IMG/VR virus record: IMGVR_UViG_3300043443_000231
Location: 1 to 37,800 of that record
Direction: 5' to 3' (one strand)
Source of the DNA: a virus
Taxonomy: Duplodnaviria > Caudoviricetes
DNA length: 37,800 nucleotides
A model generated the notes under the pieces. It was not told the origin of the DNA. It saw nothing but the letters and a program-made list of their open reading frames with translations, and ran no database searches. Shown here one piece after another: positions 22,488 through 31,752 of this stretch. Both the position numbers and the translations under genes were made by a program. Within the stretch, counting starts at the first letter, position 1. Each line of letters begins with the position of its first letter.

Positions 22488-24518
22488 TTACTCCTCAGCA
22501 GCCAATAAAGGCTGTACTGCTTCACGCATCGCAGCAGTGCTAGACAACCCGGCTTTAGAACTCCACTTGCTAGGATCTGCCATCAGTTTCAAGACCTTGT
22601 TTCTTTCCACAGCAGGAAGTTGCTCAAGGATATTAGCAGCCCCTTGTGGGTTCTTCATGGCTTGAGTTAGCAGATTAAGGGTATCTTTACCCACAGCCTT
22701 TTCAAATTCAGACAGTACTTTGTTACCAGCGGTTGCCCAAAAGCTCAGGAAAGAAGGTAAACGGAACACTGATGTCTGTTGTTTAACAAGTTCTGTTAAG
22801 GCTGTCTGGCCTTCAGACACTTGAGAAGACACAGAAAGCTGAGTCAACCGTTTTTGAGCTTGTTCCTTCAGAGTAGAAAGCGTCTGATCTGCCAGTTCTG
22901 TACCGATGTTATAACGACCGGGGCCTAGAACTTTCTCTACCGCTTCTGGAGACTCATTGGTCACAAGTTTTACAAACTCATCAGGATTTGTTTTCCAAAG
23001 ACGCAAGGCTTCAGCAGACAGTTGACGTTCTGCAATCTTTTGCATACCTTTGGAATAATCCTCAAGATATTTCCGATAACCAGAACCACCTGCGTCTTCA
23101 ATAGCATTTATTAAAGCAGGTTTAATATCTGTCAAAACACTGGCGGCTAGGTTACGCTGAGATGTAGCATCCATTCCGGGACGAAGCTTTTCCACTGCTG
23201 CATTTACAGAGTTTTTACGGATTGCATCCAAAGCACGTGCATCAATTACCCCACCGCTACTTGTCCAACGTGCAATATCGTCTGCTACGTTTTGAACAGC
23301 TCCGATCAGGACATCATTACCAGCAAAAGACGGGTTATTTGCAATATTCAGAACGCTTTGAGATAGTTTAGCCCCCTCTAATGGCTTAATACCGACACTA
23401 CGCATTGCGTCTGCTGCGCTCTGAGCAAAACGAGCACCTTGGCCTAAATCCAAAGAAGCCTGAGCAGCACGATCTGACCACTCATTAAAAGCTTTCTCAG
23501 CTAGTTCATTTTTGTAAGTGTACTTAGTAAAGCCAACAGGAAGACCACGTTTGATTAAGTCAAGACGGGCTGAAGCCTGAGCAAGCTCTCCTGCCTTAAT
23601 TAAATCGCGCACTCTCTGTACTTCAGCCGCAGCCTCACCGGACAAACGACCAGCAGTAGTTTCATAATCTGCAACAGCTTTGCCAAGATTAGCGCGAGTC
23701 AAAGCAGCTTCTCTAGCTGGGCCTGTTACTGTATTAAGAGCTGTCTTTGCATTTTCGGCAATACGACGTGTCTCAGCTGCGTTTGTTCCACCAGCTAGTT
23801 TAGCCAAAGCGTTTAAAGATTCATCTTCACTTGCTAGGCGAACTTTACGGACAAACTGCGGATCTCTTTCCAACACATCACTAATCAGCGCCTGCCATGT
23901 TGGGTTCTCTAAAGAGGCTGTGATTTCAGCAACGCTTTGACCGGGCTGTGCATTTTTCAATCGCTCAAGTACAGCAGGGAGGTCTTTACCTAGAGATTCC
24001 CTTGCCAGTTGTCCTGCTTTAAGCTGCGAAGAAGTGGTAGAAGGAGACACAATATCTGCTACCTTACCTACACCTCTAGCAAGAAGAGGAGCTACAACCC
24101 GACCACCGGCTTCATAAGTAGCGCCTTCAAGGACGTTTCGCAAAGGTTCTGTAACCTGTGCAGCACCTTCTCTTGGCTTTTCAACACCAGCCAGAAAATC
24201 AGCGCCTCGGATAAGCTCTTTACTGATGCCGTATCCTAAACCAGCACCTCCAACCATACCCATAGGGCCAGCAGGGGTTCCTAAAAGACCGCCAGCTACT
24301 GAGCCTAAAGCCTCTACTGTAGGAACGACATAAGGACGAACAGCTTGGTAAGCTTGTTGTGCTGTGGAAAGTTGAGGATTTGTTAGCAATCGAGGATCGT
24401 TAGCCATCGTAGGACGACCACGTTGTACCTCTTGTTGAGGTGCTTCATCTAAGAAACGGATACCACCTCTTGTAGTTGAAGGCTGAGGACTTTCATCGTC
24501 TAGAAAACGAATACCCAT
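22488..24518 (-). CDS. Putative internal virion (ejection) protein, 676 aa
   Basis: Ala-rich and helical with Gly-rich hydrophobic N-region; position after the tail genes. Confidence 0.65.
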   Translation of the reverse strand: MGIRFLDDESPQPSTTRGGIRFLDEAPQQEVQRGRPTMANDPRLLTNPQLSTAQQAYQAVRPYVVPTVEALGSVAGGLLGTPAGPMGMVGGAGLGYGISKELIRGADFLAGVEKPREGAAQVTEPLRNVLEGATYEAGGRVVAPLLARGVGKVADIVSPSTTSSQLKAGQLARESLGKDLPAVLERLKNAQPGQSVAEITASLENPTWQALISDVLERDPQFVRKVRLASEDESLNALAKLAGGTNAAETRRIAENAKTALNTVTGPAREAALTRANLGKAVADYETTAGRLSGEAAAEVQRVRDLIKAGELAQASARLDLIKRGLPVGFTKYTYKNELAEKAFNEWSDRAAQASLDLGQGARFAQSAADAMRSVGIKPLEGAKLSQSVLNIANNPSFAGNDVLIGAVQNVADDIARWTSSGGVIDARALDAIRKNSVNAAVEKLRPGMDATSQRNLAASVLTDIKPALINAIEDAGGSGYRKYLEDYSKGMQKIAERQLSAEALRLWKTNPDEFVKLVTNESPEAVEKVLGPGRYNIGTELADQTLSTLKEQAQKRLTQLSVSSQVSEGQTALTELVKQQTSVFRLPSFLSFWATAGNKVLSEFEKAVGKDTLNLLTQAMKNPQGAANILEQLPAVERNKVLKLMADPSKWSSKAGLSSTAAMREAVQPLLAAEE

Positions 24519-24521
24519 TAA

Positions 24522-25619
24522 TTACTCCACAACGGCACGACGACCGCCAATAGTGATGATTGTTCCTTTTGGAAGGTTGGCTCGATTAGCTTCTTCCACA
24601 GAATTAAAAGAGTTACCTGTAGGAGAGGTAGAGCGACCTGCTTGTTTCTCTGCCAAAGCCTTGGTAGCTGAGTCACGCCAACGTCTGTAGGCTTCGTAGA
24701 CGTTATCCAAGTTCTCTTTCAGTTGTTTAGGGCTTTGAGCGCGATCTAAGCTAGCACGGGCAGCTTCCAAACGATCAAGTTCTTTAACAGCCACTTGACC
24801 CAATGCACCGCCTGTCTTAGATTCGTTACGCATTTGCTGTAGACGATCAAAACCAAGGTTAGCCTTCACTGTGTCTAAGGTCTTCTCCAAGTCAGTAGCG
24901 CTTTCAGTCCATCCCAACAAACGACCACCAAGACCAGCAGTTGTACCACTTACTTTACCTTTGGCGTTTTCAATGGTTGTCATCACATTAGATGTACTAT
25001 CAATCAAATTCTCTAAACGACCAACGGTAGCTTCAGCAGCAGAGGCTCTCTTTTCCTTTTCACCTGAGATTTGAAGCTCAAGTAACTGTCGTTTAAGATC
25101 ATTTACATTGCCACCTATGTTGGCATATTGTGCCCTAAAAGCAAGCTCCATTTCTTTTAGGCGTTCTTGACTTTCCCCACGTTCCCTAGCTCGTTGAAGC
25201 TCATCTAACCCACGCTGACGAATAGCTTCTAATTTAGCATCACGGTCAGCTTGTCGTTCTTCAAACTTAGAACGCAAGTCAGTAGCTCGTTGGGCAGCAG
25301 CGGCAGCGCCTTGCAAGTCACCTGCTTTTTGAAGATCTTGAGTGTACTTAGACCAGCCTTCAAAAGATGTTAAATCTTTACCTTGAGCAAGTTGGTTACG
25401 TAAAGACAACAACTGTAATTGTGGATCGTTAGCGCCAAGAGCACGAGCGCCTACATCAACAGCACCTCGGAAACCTTGACCAATATTATAAACAGCTTGT
25501 TGCTCAGGAGAGAGTTTAGAAAGCTCTAATTGGTTAGTTGCTAATTGTTGATCTCTTGCTAGTTGATATTGTTGAGGTGTTGTAAACAAACCTAAAATAG
25601 AATCTTGTTGTGTAGCCAT
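24522..25619 (-). CDS. Putative internal virion (ejection) protein
   Basis: MATQQDSILGLF...; GFDRLQQMR...TGGALGQVAVKE motif; coiled coil. Confidence 0.65.
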   Translation of the reverse strand: MATQQDSILGLFTTPQQYQLARDQQLATNQLELSKLSPEQQAVYNIGQGFRGAVDVGARALGANDPQLQLLSLRNQLAQGKDLTSFEGWSKYTQDLQKAGDLQGAAAAAQRATDLRSKFEERQADRDAKLEAIRQRGLDELQRARERGESQERLKEMELAFRAQYANIGGNVNDLKRQLLELQISGEKEKRASAAEATVGRLENLIDSTSNVMTTIENAKGKVSGTTAGLGGRLLGWTESATDLEKTLDTVKANLGFDRLQQMRNESKTGGALGQVAVKELDRLEAARASLDRAQSPKQLKENLDNVYEAYRRWRDSATKALAEKQAGRSTSPTGNSFNSVEEANRANLPKGTIITIGGRRAVVE

Positions 25620-25621
25620 CT

Positions 25622-26944
25622 TTATTCCCACCAATTAGAACCAGTTAAACCTGCATAGTCTTCCCATGAAGCTCCAGTTGAACCTCCAAAGGTAGACTCA
25701 GGGAATACATCGGAACCTACTGTCCAAGCAGGTGTATTGCCTCCAAAGGTTAAACCTTTATTCATGTTATAAATACCTCCCAATAAACCAGTTCCGATAC
25801 CTGATTCTAAATTAACACCGCCCAATTCAGGACTAGAGCCAATAGAACTTAAGGCCGTTGCCAAAGGGTTCAATCTGTAAGAAGGTGTCAAGTAAGCTTC
25901 AGCAGCTGCTAGATCGCCACGTAATCCAAGAGTTCCTGCCTGAGCGCCAGAAGCGGCTTGGAGTTTAGCAATGTCTTGAGCCAAAGTCAATGGTTGTTGA
26001 GCAGCAGATTCGACAGAGCTTTGAGCACCGAAACCAGCCAAGAACGGATTGTAAGCCTGACCTGCAAGCTGTTGACCAAACTGAATCTGTTGTTGAGCTG
26101 CTTGGTCAGCGCCTGCTGCGATCTGACGCTGTTGGTTAGCCAAAGCATTGTAGTAAGCAGCCATCTCAGGGTTAGTAGCAGCCAAACCGCCAGCCTCTGT
26201 AGCACCTGTAGCTAGACCGCCACGGCCTGTTTGGAACAGACGGTTACGGATACCTGCCAAAGCTTGTTCTTGTTGAGGGGCCAACAAAGCAGTTTGTTGT
26301 TGCACGTAACGCTGACGCACAGCCTCTGGAGACTCACCAAGGTATTGACCAGCCAAGTTCTGTACTTGTTGTCCTTGCATCAAACCCTGACCTGTCATGT
26401 CGGCCAAAGACTGTTGGTAGCCAGCAGCTAATGGAGACAAAGAGTAATCAGCTTTAAGACCACCAGTAGCAGGGTCAATAGAGTAAGCTGAAGTGCCAAA
26501 TCGAGTAGTTGTACCTACAGGACGGAACTGAGCCATCTGTGCAGCGGAAGCGCCTGATTGTCTAGCTAAGTCAGCAGCTTTCTGAGCAGCTTCTTGTGAA
26601 GTCTGTGCTTGCAAAATACCACCAGTGCCTTGAATAAGCTTAGGCAGCAGAGAAGCAAACAAACCACCGTAGTTAATACCTTGTTGTTGAGGCTGTGCGG
26701 CGTTAATAATGATAGGAGAACCACCACCAGTGAAATACCCCGGAGTTCCTGTAGCACTGCCGCCACCTCCTCCAGCAAGACCTCCTAGAGCAGATCCGAT
26801 CAAAGGAGCGTAATTACCAGTAGCTAAACCTGTGATAGCTCCAACAGGGTTTGCAGCTACGCCAGATAAAGCATTACCTGCAATATCCCCTACTCCCCCT
26901 ACCACGTCACTTATAGCATTTGTGATACCACTAAAAAATCCCAT
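25622..26944 (-). CDS. Putative internal virion / DNA-injection protein (Gly/Ala/Gln-rich)
   Basis: MGFFSGI...; low-complexity helical composition; synteny. Confidence 0.65.
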   Translation of the reverse strand: MGFFSGITNAISDVVGGVGDIAGNALSGVAANPVGAITGLATGNYAPLIGSALGGLAGGGGGSATGTPGYFTGGGSPIIINAAQPQQQGINYGGLFASLLPKLIQGTGGILQAQTSQEAAQKAADLARQSGASAAQMAQFRPVGTTTRFGTSAYSIDPATGGLKADYSLSPLAAGYQQSLADMTGQGLMQGQQVQNLAGQYLGESPEAVRQRYVQQQTALLAPQQEQALAGIRNRLFQTGRGGLATGATEAGGLAATNPEMAAYYNALANQQRQIAAGADQAAQQQIQFGQQLAGQAYNPFLAGFGAQSSVESAAQQPLTLAQDIAKLQAASGAQAGTLGLRGDLAAAEAYLTPSYRLNPLATALSSIGSSPELGGVNLESGIGTGLLGGIYNMNKGLTFGGNTPAWTVGSDVFPESTFGGSTGASWEDYAGLTGSNWWE

Positions 26945-26962
26945 GTTATTCTTCCTTATTTA

Positions 26963-27166
26963 TTAGTATGTGCCACAGTCAATGGTATAAGAACCGCTAA
27001 ACGTACCTGAGAAGGCAGGACTAGCAGCATCAGCTTTAGAGTTAACGGCTGTAGCAATAGCTTCCAATTCAGCAGTCACTTCAGTGCCTTTAACTAATTT
27101 AGATGGATTACCTGTAGCCAAGGCATCCTTAGCTGCAAAATCCGTTGCAATAGTGTAATTACTCAT
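26963..27166 (-). CDS. Small tail-associated protein ending IDCGTY
   Basis: MSNYTIATDFAAKDAL...KLVKGTE...IATAVNSKAD resembles a tail-fibre/needle anchor N-terminus. Confidence 0.6.
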   Translation of the reverse strand: MSNYTIATDFAAKDALATGNPSKLVKGTEVTAELEAIATAVNSKADAASPAFSGTFSGSYTIDCGTY

Positions 27167-27167
27167 A

Positions 27168-28706
27168 TTAGATTGTCCGTCCTAATTTACAGAATACATC
27201 CATCTTCTGGACGCTTAGTTCAAAATCACTGATGTCTACCTCAATACCAAACTGGAATACAGTGCCGCTGCCTGAACCTTGAATACGTTGGTTATCAAAG
27301 ACAACACCTGCTGTCCATTCAGCTAAACCCCACTCAGCTGTACCGTACTCAGACACTGATCTAGAACCCATAGTGATGTTTCTAGTCTGATATGTAGGGC
27401 TATAATCAAAGGCATACTTAACGATAACGTCAGCTTGATTGCCACCGATAAGGGTAAAGCCTAGCTTCTTCAAGATCTTGATTGCCTGAGCTTGTCCCAA
27501 GTCAAACCAGTTAGAGTAGTAAGCCATACGATAGGTAGCTGTACGGTCTAGGTTACCAGTGTAGTAGCCTACATAGCTTGTGAAGCCCATGAGGACTTCT
27601 TTGGCTCTATTGGAGAACAAAGCTTTAGGAACTAGACTCCACGTTGTAGCCCTTGCAGCACCGTTGGGGAGAATAGCCCTTGTATCAAAGCAATATGTTC
27701 TACCCTTAGTAGGGAATGTGATAAGGTAGAAAGCGTTGCTGTCCGAATATACAGACTTGATATTAGCCAGAGTTTCAGCATTAAGATCCTCAACTAAGTC
27801 ATCACGCACATTGGCGCTAATGTCACGGAAAGGAGCACTCTTCTCTTGGATAGTACGTGAAAGACTACGCACACCGCTGTCAGACAAGAAGATAACGTCA
27901 GTGCCTGTCAAAGCTACAGAGTCTCTAGCACAGCAGCCAATACCAGATACTGTGTCTGATAAAGTCATAGCAGCAGGGTCGTAAGCGTCTTTGTACACTA
28001 GGATCTGACGACGACCAAAGACATACAGAAAGCCGTTGTGGGCAGCTAGAGCAGTAATCTCATCTGCACCGTTAGGCCACACCTCAGAGACATCCAGAGT
28101 ACCTGAAGTACCTGTTGACAAGACATGGCCAGCAAGAAGGTCACTGAATTGAATGGTGCTCTTAGTTGTGGTGTTACCGCCACTCCAGATACGACCAAAA
28201 GCACTGATAGCTACGTTATTCTGTTCAGCTGTGCCCAAGTAACCTGTCTTCTCTGACACTCTACGGAAGGTAGTTGTAGAGACAGCAGGGTCAAACACTA
28301 GGGGGTCGTAACCTCCTTGATACAAGTACAGGACTCCATTCAAAGGAGCCATCTGCCAGTTGTTAGAAGTGATTGTAGGAGCTGTACCGCCACCGCCGTA
28401 TGTCAAGGTAGTCAGTGTACCGCCTGAGAGCTTGAACAGCTTGTTGTTACCTGCACAAATGATATAGCTAGTACCGTCGTTACCGATAAGCTCACCGATA
28501 GCTTGGATAGGGTTGCTACCTAAGTCAGCATTGGTTGTGTTCTTAGCCAACCAGCCTTTACGAGCACCAATACGACCAAACTTATCAATTACACAGTTAT
28601 TAGCAATCGTGGCAAACCCTGACTCAAGAGTTACAGAACTATCTTGAGTATTGATCCCCTTAAATCCGGGGGCTGCAATGGATGATCCTACGAGTTGTTC
28701 AGCCAT
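27168..28706 (-). CDS. Tail tubular protein B / nozzle (P22 gp10, T7 gp12 equivalent)
   Basis: 512 aa, beta-rich; directly follows the adaptor gene. Confidence 0.75.
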   Translation of the reverse strand: MAEQLVGSSIAAPGFKGINTQDSSVTLESGFATIANNCVIDKFGRIGARKGWLAKNTTNADLGSNPIQAIGELIGNDGTSYIICAGNNKLFKLSGGTLTTLTYGGGGTAPTITSNNWQMAPLNGVLYLYQGGYDPLVFDPAVSTTTFRRVSEKTGYLGTAEQNNVAISAFGRIWSGGNTTTKSTIQFSDLLAGHVLSTGTSGTLDVSEVWPNGADEITALAAHNGFLYVFGRRQILVYKDAYDPAAMTLSDTVSGIGCCARDSVALTGTDVIFLSDSGVRSLSRTIQEKSAPFRDISANVRDDLVEDLNAETLANIKSVYSDSNAFYLITFPTKGRTYCFDTRAILPNGAARATTWSLVPKALFSNRAKEVLMGFTSYVGYYTGNLDRTATYRMAYYSNWFDLGQAQAIKILKKLGFTLIGGNQADVIVKYAFDYSPTYQTRNITMGSRSVSEYGTAEWGLAEWTAGVVFDNQRIQGSGSGTVFQFGIEVDISDFELSVQKMDVFCKLGRTI

Positions 28707-28708
28707 GA

Positions 28709-29362
28709 TTAGGGCGCAGTCCAGTTCATCTCTTCAGAGTAACGATTACGCTCAATAGCAACTTCGTTAGCCAAAGCGTTCTTGTACAAGGCATAAGCCT
28801 CTGAGGAAAGGTTACCACCATCTTCACCACGTTCAGCGATAGCCTTAGCGTAAGCCAGCATAGCTACCAAGTGAGCAGGAACCAAGATACGTGTTGTGTT
28901 GGTAGACAGTTCAGCTTGTGGTACAACCAAGTTAAAACGGATTGTGAACACACCTGAAGGACGTTGATACAAGTCAACCTGTGTGTCTCCGTTAGTGTCC
29001 ACACCGTTGAAGTTGTAGTAATTAGGGGATCCACGATCAGTATCTGCTGTGAACAGGAACTGTTGTGTCATCCAGTTTGTAGGGGCATTCTGGAGAACAA
29101 TGTTGTCAGTGTCGTTAACAACGTCAATCACACGGAAGCGGGTACCTGCGCCTGTCAAAGTGTAGTTATATGTGCCAGCAACTGTGTTAACTGTGACAGT
29201 AGAAGACAGAGAGTTCCACTCATTAGAATCCTCAACTTCACGCTTGGCATCATTAACCAAGACACCAATCATAGAGGAGTAAGGGGTGTCATCTACGCTC
29301 TGCACTGTAGGTTCACGTAGCCTACGTAGCACATTATTAACTGTATCTAAGTATGTAGCCAT
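28709..29362 (-). CDS. Tail tubular protein A / head-tail adaptor
   Basis: TYLDTVNNVLRRLRE N-terminal motif; 217 aa. Confidence 0.8.
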   Translation of the reverse strand: MATYLDTVNNVLRRLREPTVQSVDDTPYSSMIGVLVNDAKREVEDSNEWNSLSSTVTVNTVAGTYNYTLTGAGTRFRVIDVVNDTDNIVLQNAPTNWMTQQFLFTADTDRGSPNYYNFNGVDTNGDTQVDLYQRPSGVFTIRFNLVVPQAELSTNTTRILVPAHLVAMLAYAKAIAERGEDGGNLSSEAYALYKNALANEVAIERNRYSEEMNWTAP

Positions 29363-29365
29363 TTG

Positions 29366-29701
29366 TTATAGGCCCTCTTTCTTTTCAACTTCAAAGGTGC
29401 AGATATAAGACATAGTGCTGCCAGCTTCTGAAGTCATGGTAATGTAGTCTCCTGCCTCCAAGACCATGTAAGCCCCGCCATCAAGCTTAAAGTAAGTCTT
29501 TGAGGTAAGACCGTAGTCGCTCAGGATACTGATGTTGGTATTGGCGCTAGCATCATGCCAAGTGACAGAGATTGTTTTAGTAGACCCTGTACCGTTCAAC
29601 AAATACATCAAGTTCCACTTAGCGTAGTAGCCAGTTGGAACTGTGTAGATTGTTGTGGCAGTGGCAGCAGTTAAGTTACCACCTTGGGTAATTGATCTCA
29701 T
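29366..29701 (-). CDS. Small beta-rich putative virion protein
   Basis: TIYTVP...LEAGDYI motif. Confidence 0.65.
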   Translation of the reverse strand: MRSITQGGNLTAATATTIYTVPTGYYAKWNLMYLLNGTGSTKTISVTWHDASANTNISILSDYGLTSKTYFKLDGGAYMVLEAGDYITMTSEAGSTMSYICTFEVEKKEGL

Positions 29702-29820
29702 TTAGCTTTCTTAGCCTTGTTCTTAGCTGTACGCTGTCCACGCATGGGCATCGGTTTGTCTTGCTGCTTCTTTGGCTTTTTAGAAGGGGCTTTGCTGTTG
29801 TTATAGCTCATGTTGTACAT
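29698..29820 (-). CDS. 40-aa Lys-rich peptide (...MPMRGQRTAKNKAKKAK)
   Basis: Manual translation; ATGA-coupled to the next gene. Confidence 0.6.
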   Translation of the reverse strand: MYNMSYNNSKAPSKKPKKQQDKPMPMRGQRTAKNKAKKAK

Positions 29821-29828
29821 TGTCGTAT

Positions 29829-29857
29829 ATCCTATCTTAAATATTACTTTTTGTCAA
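29829..29857 (-). promoter_or_regulatory. Sigma70-type late promoter for tail and internal protein genes
   Basis: TTGACA (29857-52), 17 nt, TAGGAT (29834-29). Confidence 0.6.
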
Positions 29858-30044
29858 GAGTTTGTTGTACTTCTAAGTAGATTTGGTACACTTTATGTCC
29901 AATCATTAAGACTGTGTACACAAGAGTAGCCCAAAGTACTAATTCACTAACTTGTAAACCAGCCACTGTAGCCAATGAAACCCCCACTGGAGGGGCTACT
30001 TTAGCTGTCACTGTAGCTGCTGTCTCCACGCTGCTCTCGGTCAT
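29844..30044 (-). CDS. Small holin-like membrane protein
   Basis: 66 aa with hydrophobic helices (ELVLWATLVYTVLMIG). Confidence 0.55.
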   Translation of the reverse strand: MTESSVETAATVTAKVAPPVGVSLATVAGLQVSELVLWATLVYTVLMIGHKVYQIYLEVQQTLDKK

Positions 30045-30370
30045 TCTTCACCTTCGCCTGTAGGCTGCCAAGGCAAACCATTAGCTGACACAGGGGCCTT
30101 CTGAGCCTCGATCTGAGCCTCTAGAGCAGCTTCTACAGTCTCTTTGTCTACCTTAGTCCACAACCAACCAAGGACTGTTTCTTCAGTCAGGGTGTCGTAG
30201 CTTACAAATGAGTCACCACGCTCTAAGGCTTGTGTGTTCACGATAGATGCACCATAGGGCTTCTCAGGGTCGTTGCTGGCTTCTTCTGCTGAAGCACCCC
30301 AATGCACCACTGTTACAAGACCATCAGAGGTTTGGCGTTCTAGGTTATTGATTTTCCATGTGATTGTCAT
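30041..30370 (-). CDS. Tail-fibre-associated protein (possible assembly chaperone)
   Basis: MTITWKI...VHW...LTEETVLGW...GLPW; directly follows the fibre gene. Confidence 0.65.
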   Translation of the reverse strand: MTITWKINNLERQTSDGLVTVVHWGASAEEASNDPEKPYGASIVNTQALERGDSFVSYDTLTEETVLGWLWTKVDKETVEAALEAQIEAQKAPVSANGLPWQPTGEGEE

Positions 30371-30379
30371 GTCTAGTCC

Positions 30380-31723
30380 TTAAGGGTGTGATGCTTTGTA
30401 AGCTTCAAACTTAGCGTTTAGCTCTTGTAAAGCCTTAACCAATGTTGGGATCAATTCCTCATGGTTAATGTTCTTGTATTCAATACCATCTTCACCAGCT
30501 TTGGAAGTTCCAACAGAATCAGGGAAAACAGTCTCAAACTCTTGTGCAATGAAACCAGCGGCATTATTTTTGTTTTGGCCTTTGCCTTCTTTCCAATCAA
30601 ATCGGCGTGGTTTCAACGCCATCACAGCGTCAAGACCTGTATCAATATCTCTGATGTTTTCTTTTAAACGCTCGTCGGAAATTGCGCTAATAGAAGTACT
30701 AGTGGCATAAATTGTCCCGCCATCGCCTACATAAAAACGATACGCACCAGCACCAGTTGAGTAAATTTGAACTGAAGATGAGCTATTTGTTGAATTAGCA
30801 GTAACAATATTAAACAATGGCGCACTTGCCCCATTACCTGCTGGCTTAAATTTAAAACCTGCGCCAGTTCCTGCGCCTGTATCCGTAGTCCCCACCAGCA
30901 AGTTACCGCTGGAGTCGATACGGGCACGTTCTGACGGTGTACCTGATGACGATGTATGAAAAGCAATTACACCACCAGTATCGCCACCTGATTGGATGCC
31001 TAAGAATCCGTCAGCACCACGCCACAGTTGTGGTCGAGAAGATGCAACAGGGCCTGAACCACCCGGCTCAAGTGTTATGTTTCCTGCAACAGATAGTTTC
31101 CCGTTAGGTGAAGTAACACCAACACCCAAATTCCCACTAGCATCAAGCGTCATTCTTGTGGACAAAGAAGCTGTTCCACCTGCACTACCAGAACCAGCCT
31201 GATACCAACGGAAAGAACCATCAGCATCAACAATACTCATGCGTGACGCATAACCTGTGCCTGCAAATGTGTTATTTGTTCCGTTAAAAATAATGTTGTG
31301 AACAAGGTGAGTATTTGCAGAATCATCTACAACATACGCCCAACCAGAACGACCATTTTGAAAGTAACCATTAATATTTTGATAGGCTGCTGGCGTAAAT
31401 GTGGAACCAATACCAAAACGACCACTAGAGTCAACCCTAGCTCTCTCAGTTCCACCAGTAGTGATGCCAACAGTATCAGCAGCAGGGAAGAAGATACCTG
31501 TGTTGGTGTCTCCATCGTTAGTCAAGGTAGGAGCACTTGCTGAACCATCGGGAAGGGTCAGGATAGAAGGGTTAGTACCTAGTTCAACGACAGTACCTGA
31601 AGCGTTCTCAGTGAAGATACGCTTATCGGTGACGTTAACAGCTAACTCACCCTGTACTAAATCACTAGATGTAGGTACAGCTGAGGCTGTAGAGCTATTT
31701 TTAATCTTAATTGTTGCTGCCAT
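30380..31723 (-). CDS. Tail fibre / receptor-binding protein with Mtd_N-like N-terminus and peptidase S74 intramolecular chaperone
   Basis: GELAVNVTDKRIF; ERARxDSSG repeats; SDERLKENI...GFIAQE. Confidence 0.88.
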   Translation of the reverse strand: MAATIKIKNSSTASAVPTSSDLVQGELAVNVTDKRIFTENASGTVVELGTNPSILTLPDGSASAPTLTNDGDTNTGIFFPAADTVGITTGGTERARVDSSGRFGIGSTFTPAAYQNINGYFQNGRSGWAYVVDDSANTHLVHNIIFNGTNNTFAGTGYASRMSIVDADGSFRWYQAGSGSAGGTASLSTRMTLDASGNLGVGVTSPNGKLSVAGNITLEPGGSGPVASSRPQLWRGADGFLGIQSGGDTGGVIAFHTSSSGTPSERARIDSSGNLLVGTTDTGAGTGAGFKFKPAGNGASAPLFNIVTANSTNSSSSVQIYSTGAGAYRFYVGDGGTIYATSTSISAISDERLKENIRDIDTGLDAVMALKPRRFDWKEGKGQNKNNAAGFIAQEFETVFPDSVGTSKAGEDGIEYKNINHEELIPTLVKALQELNAKFEAYKASHP

Positions 31724-31752
31724 ATATAATTATCCTTCAGTACGTAAGTACG

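Noticed and set aside
30380-31723. Diversity-generating retroelement suggested by the Mtd_N-like domain
   Set aside because: No reverse transcriptase and no TR/VR pair; the C-terminus is an S74 chaperone
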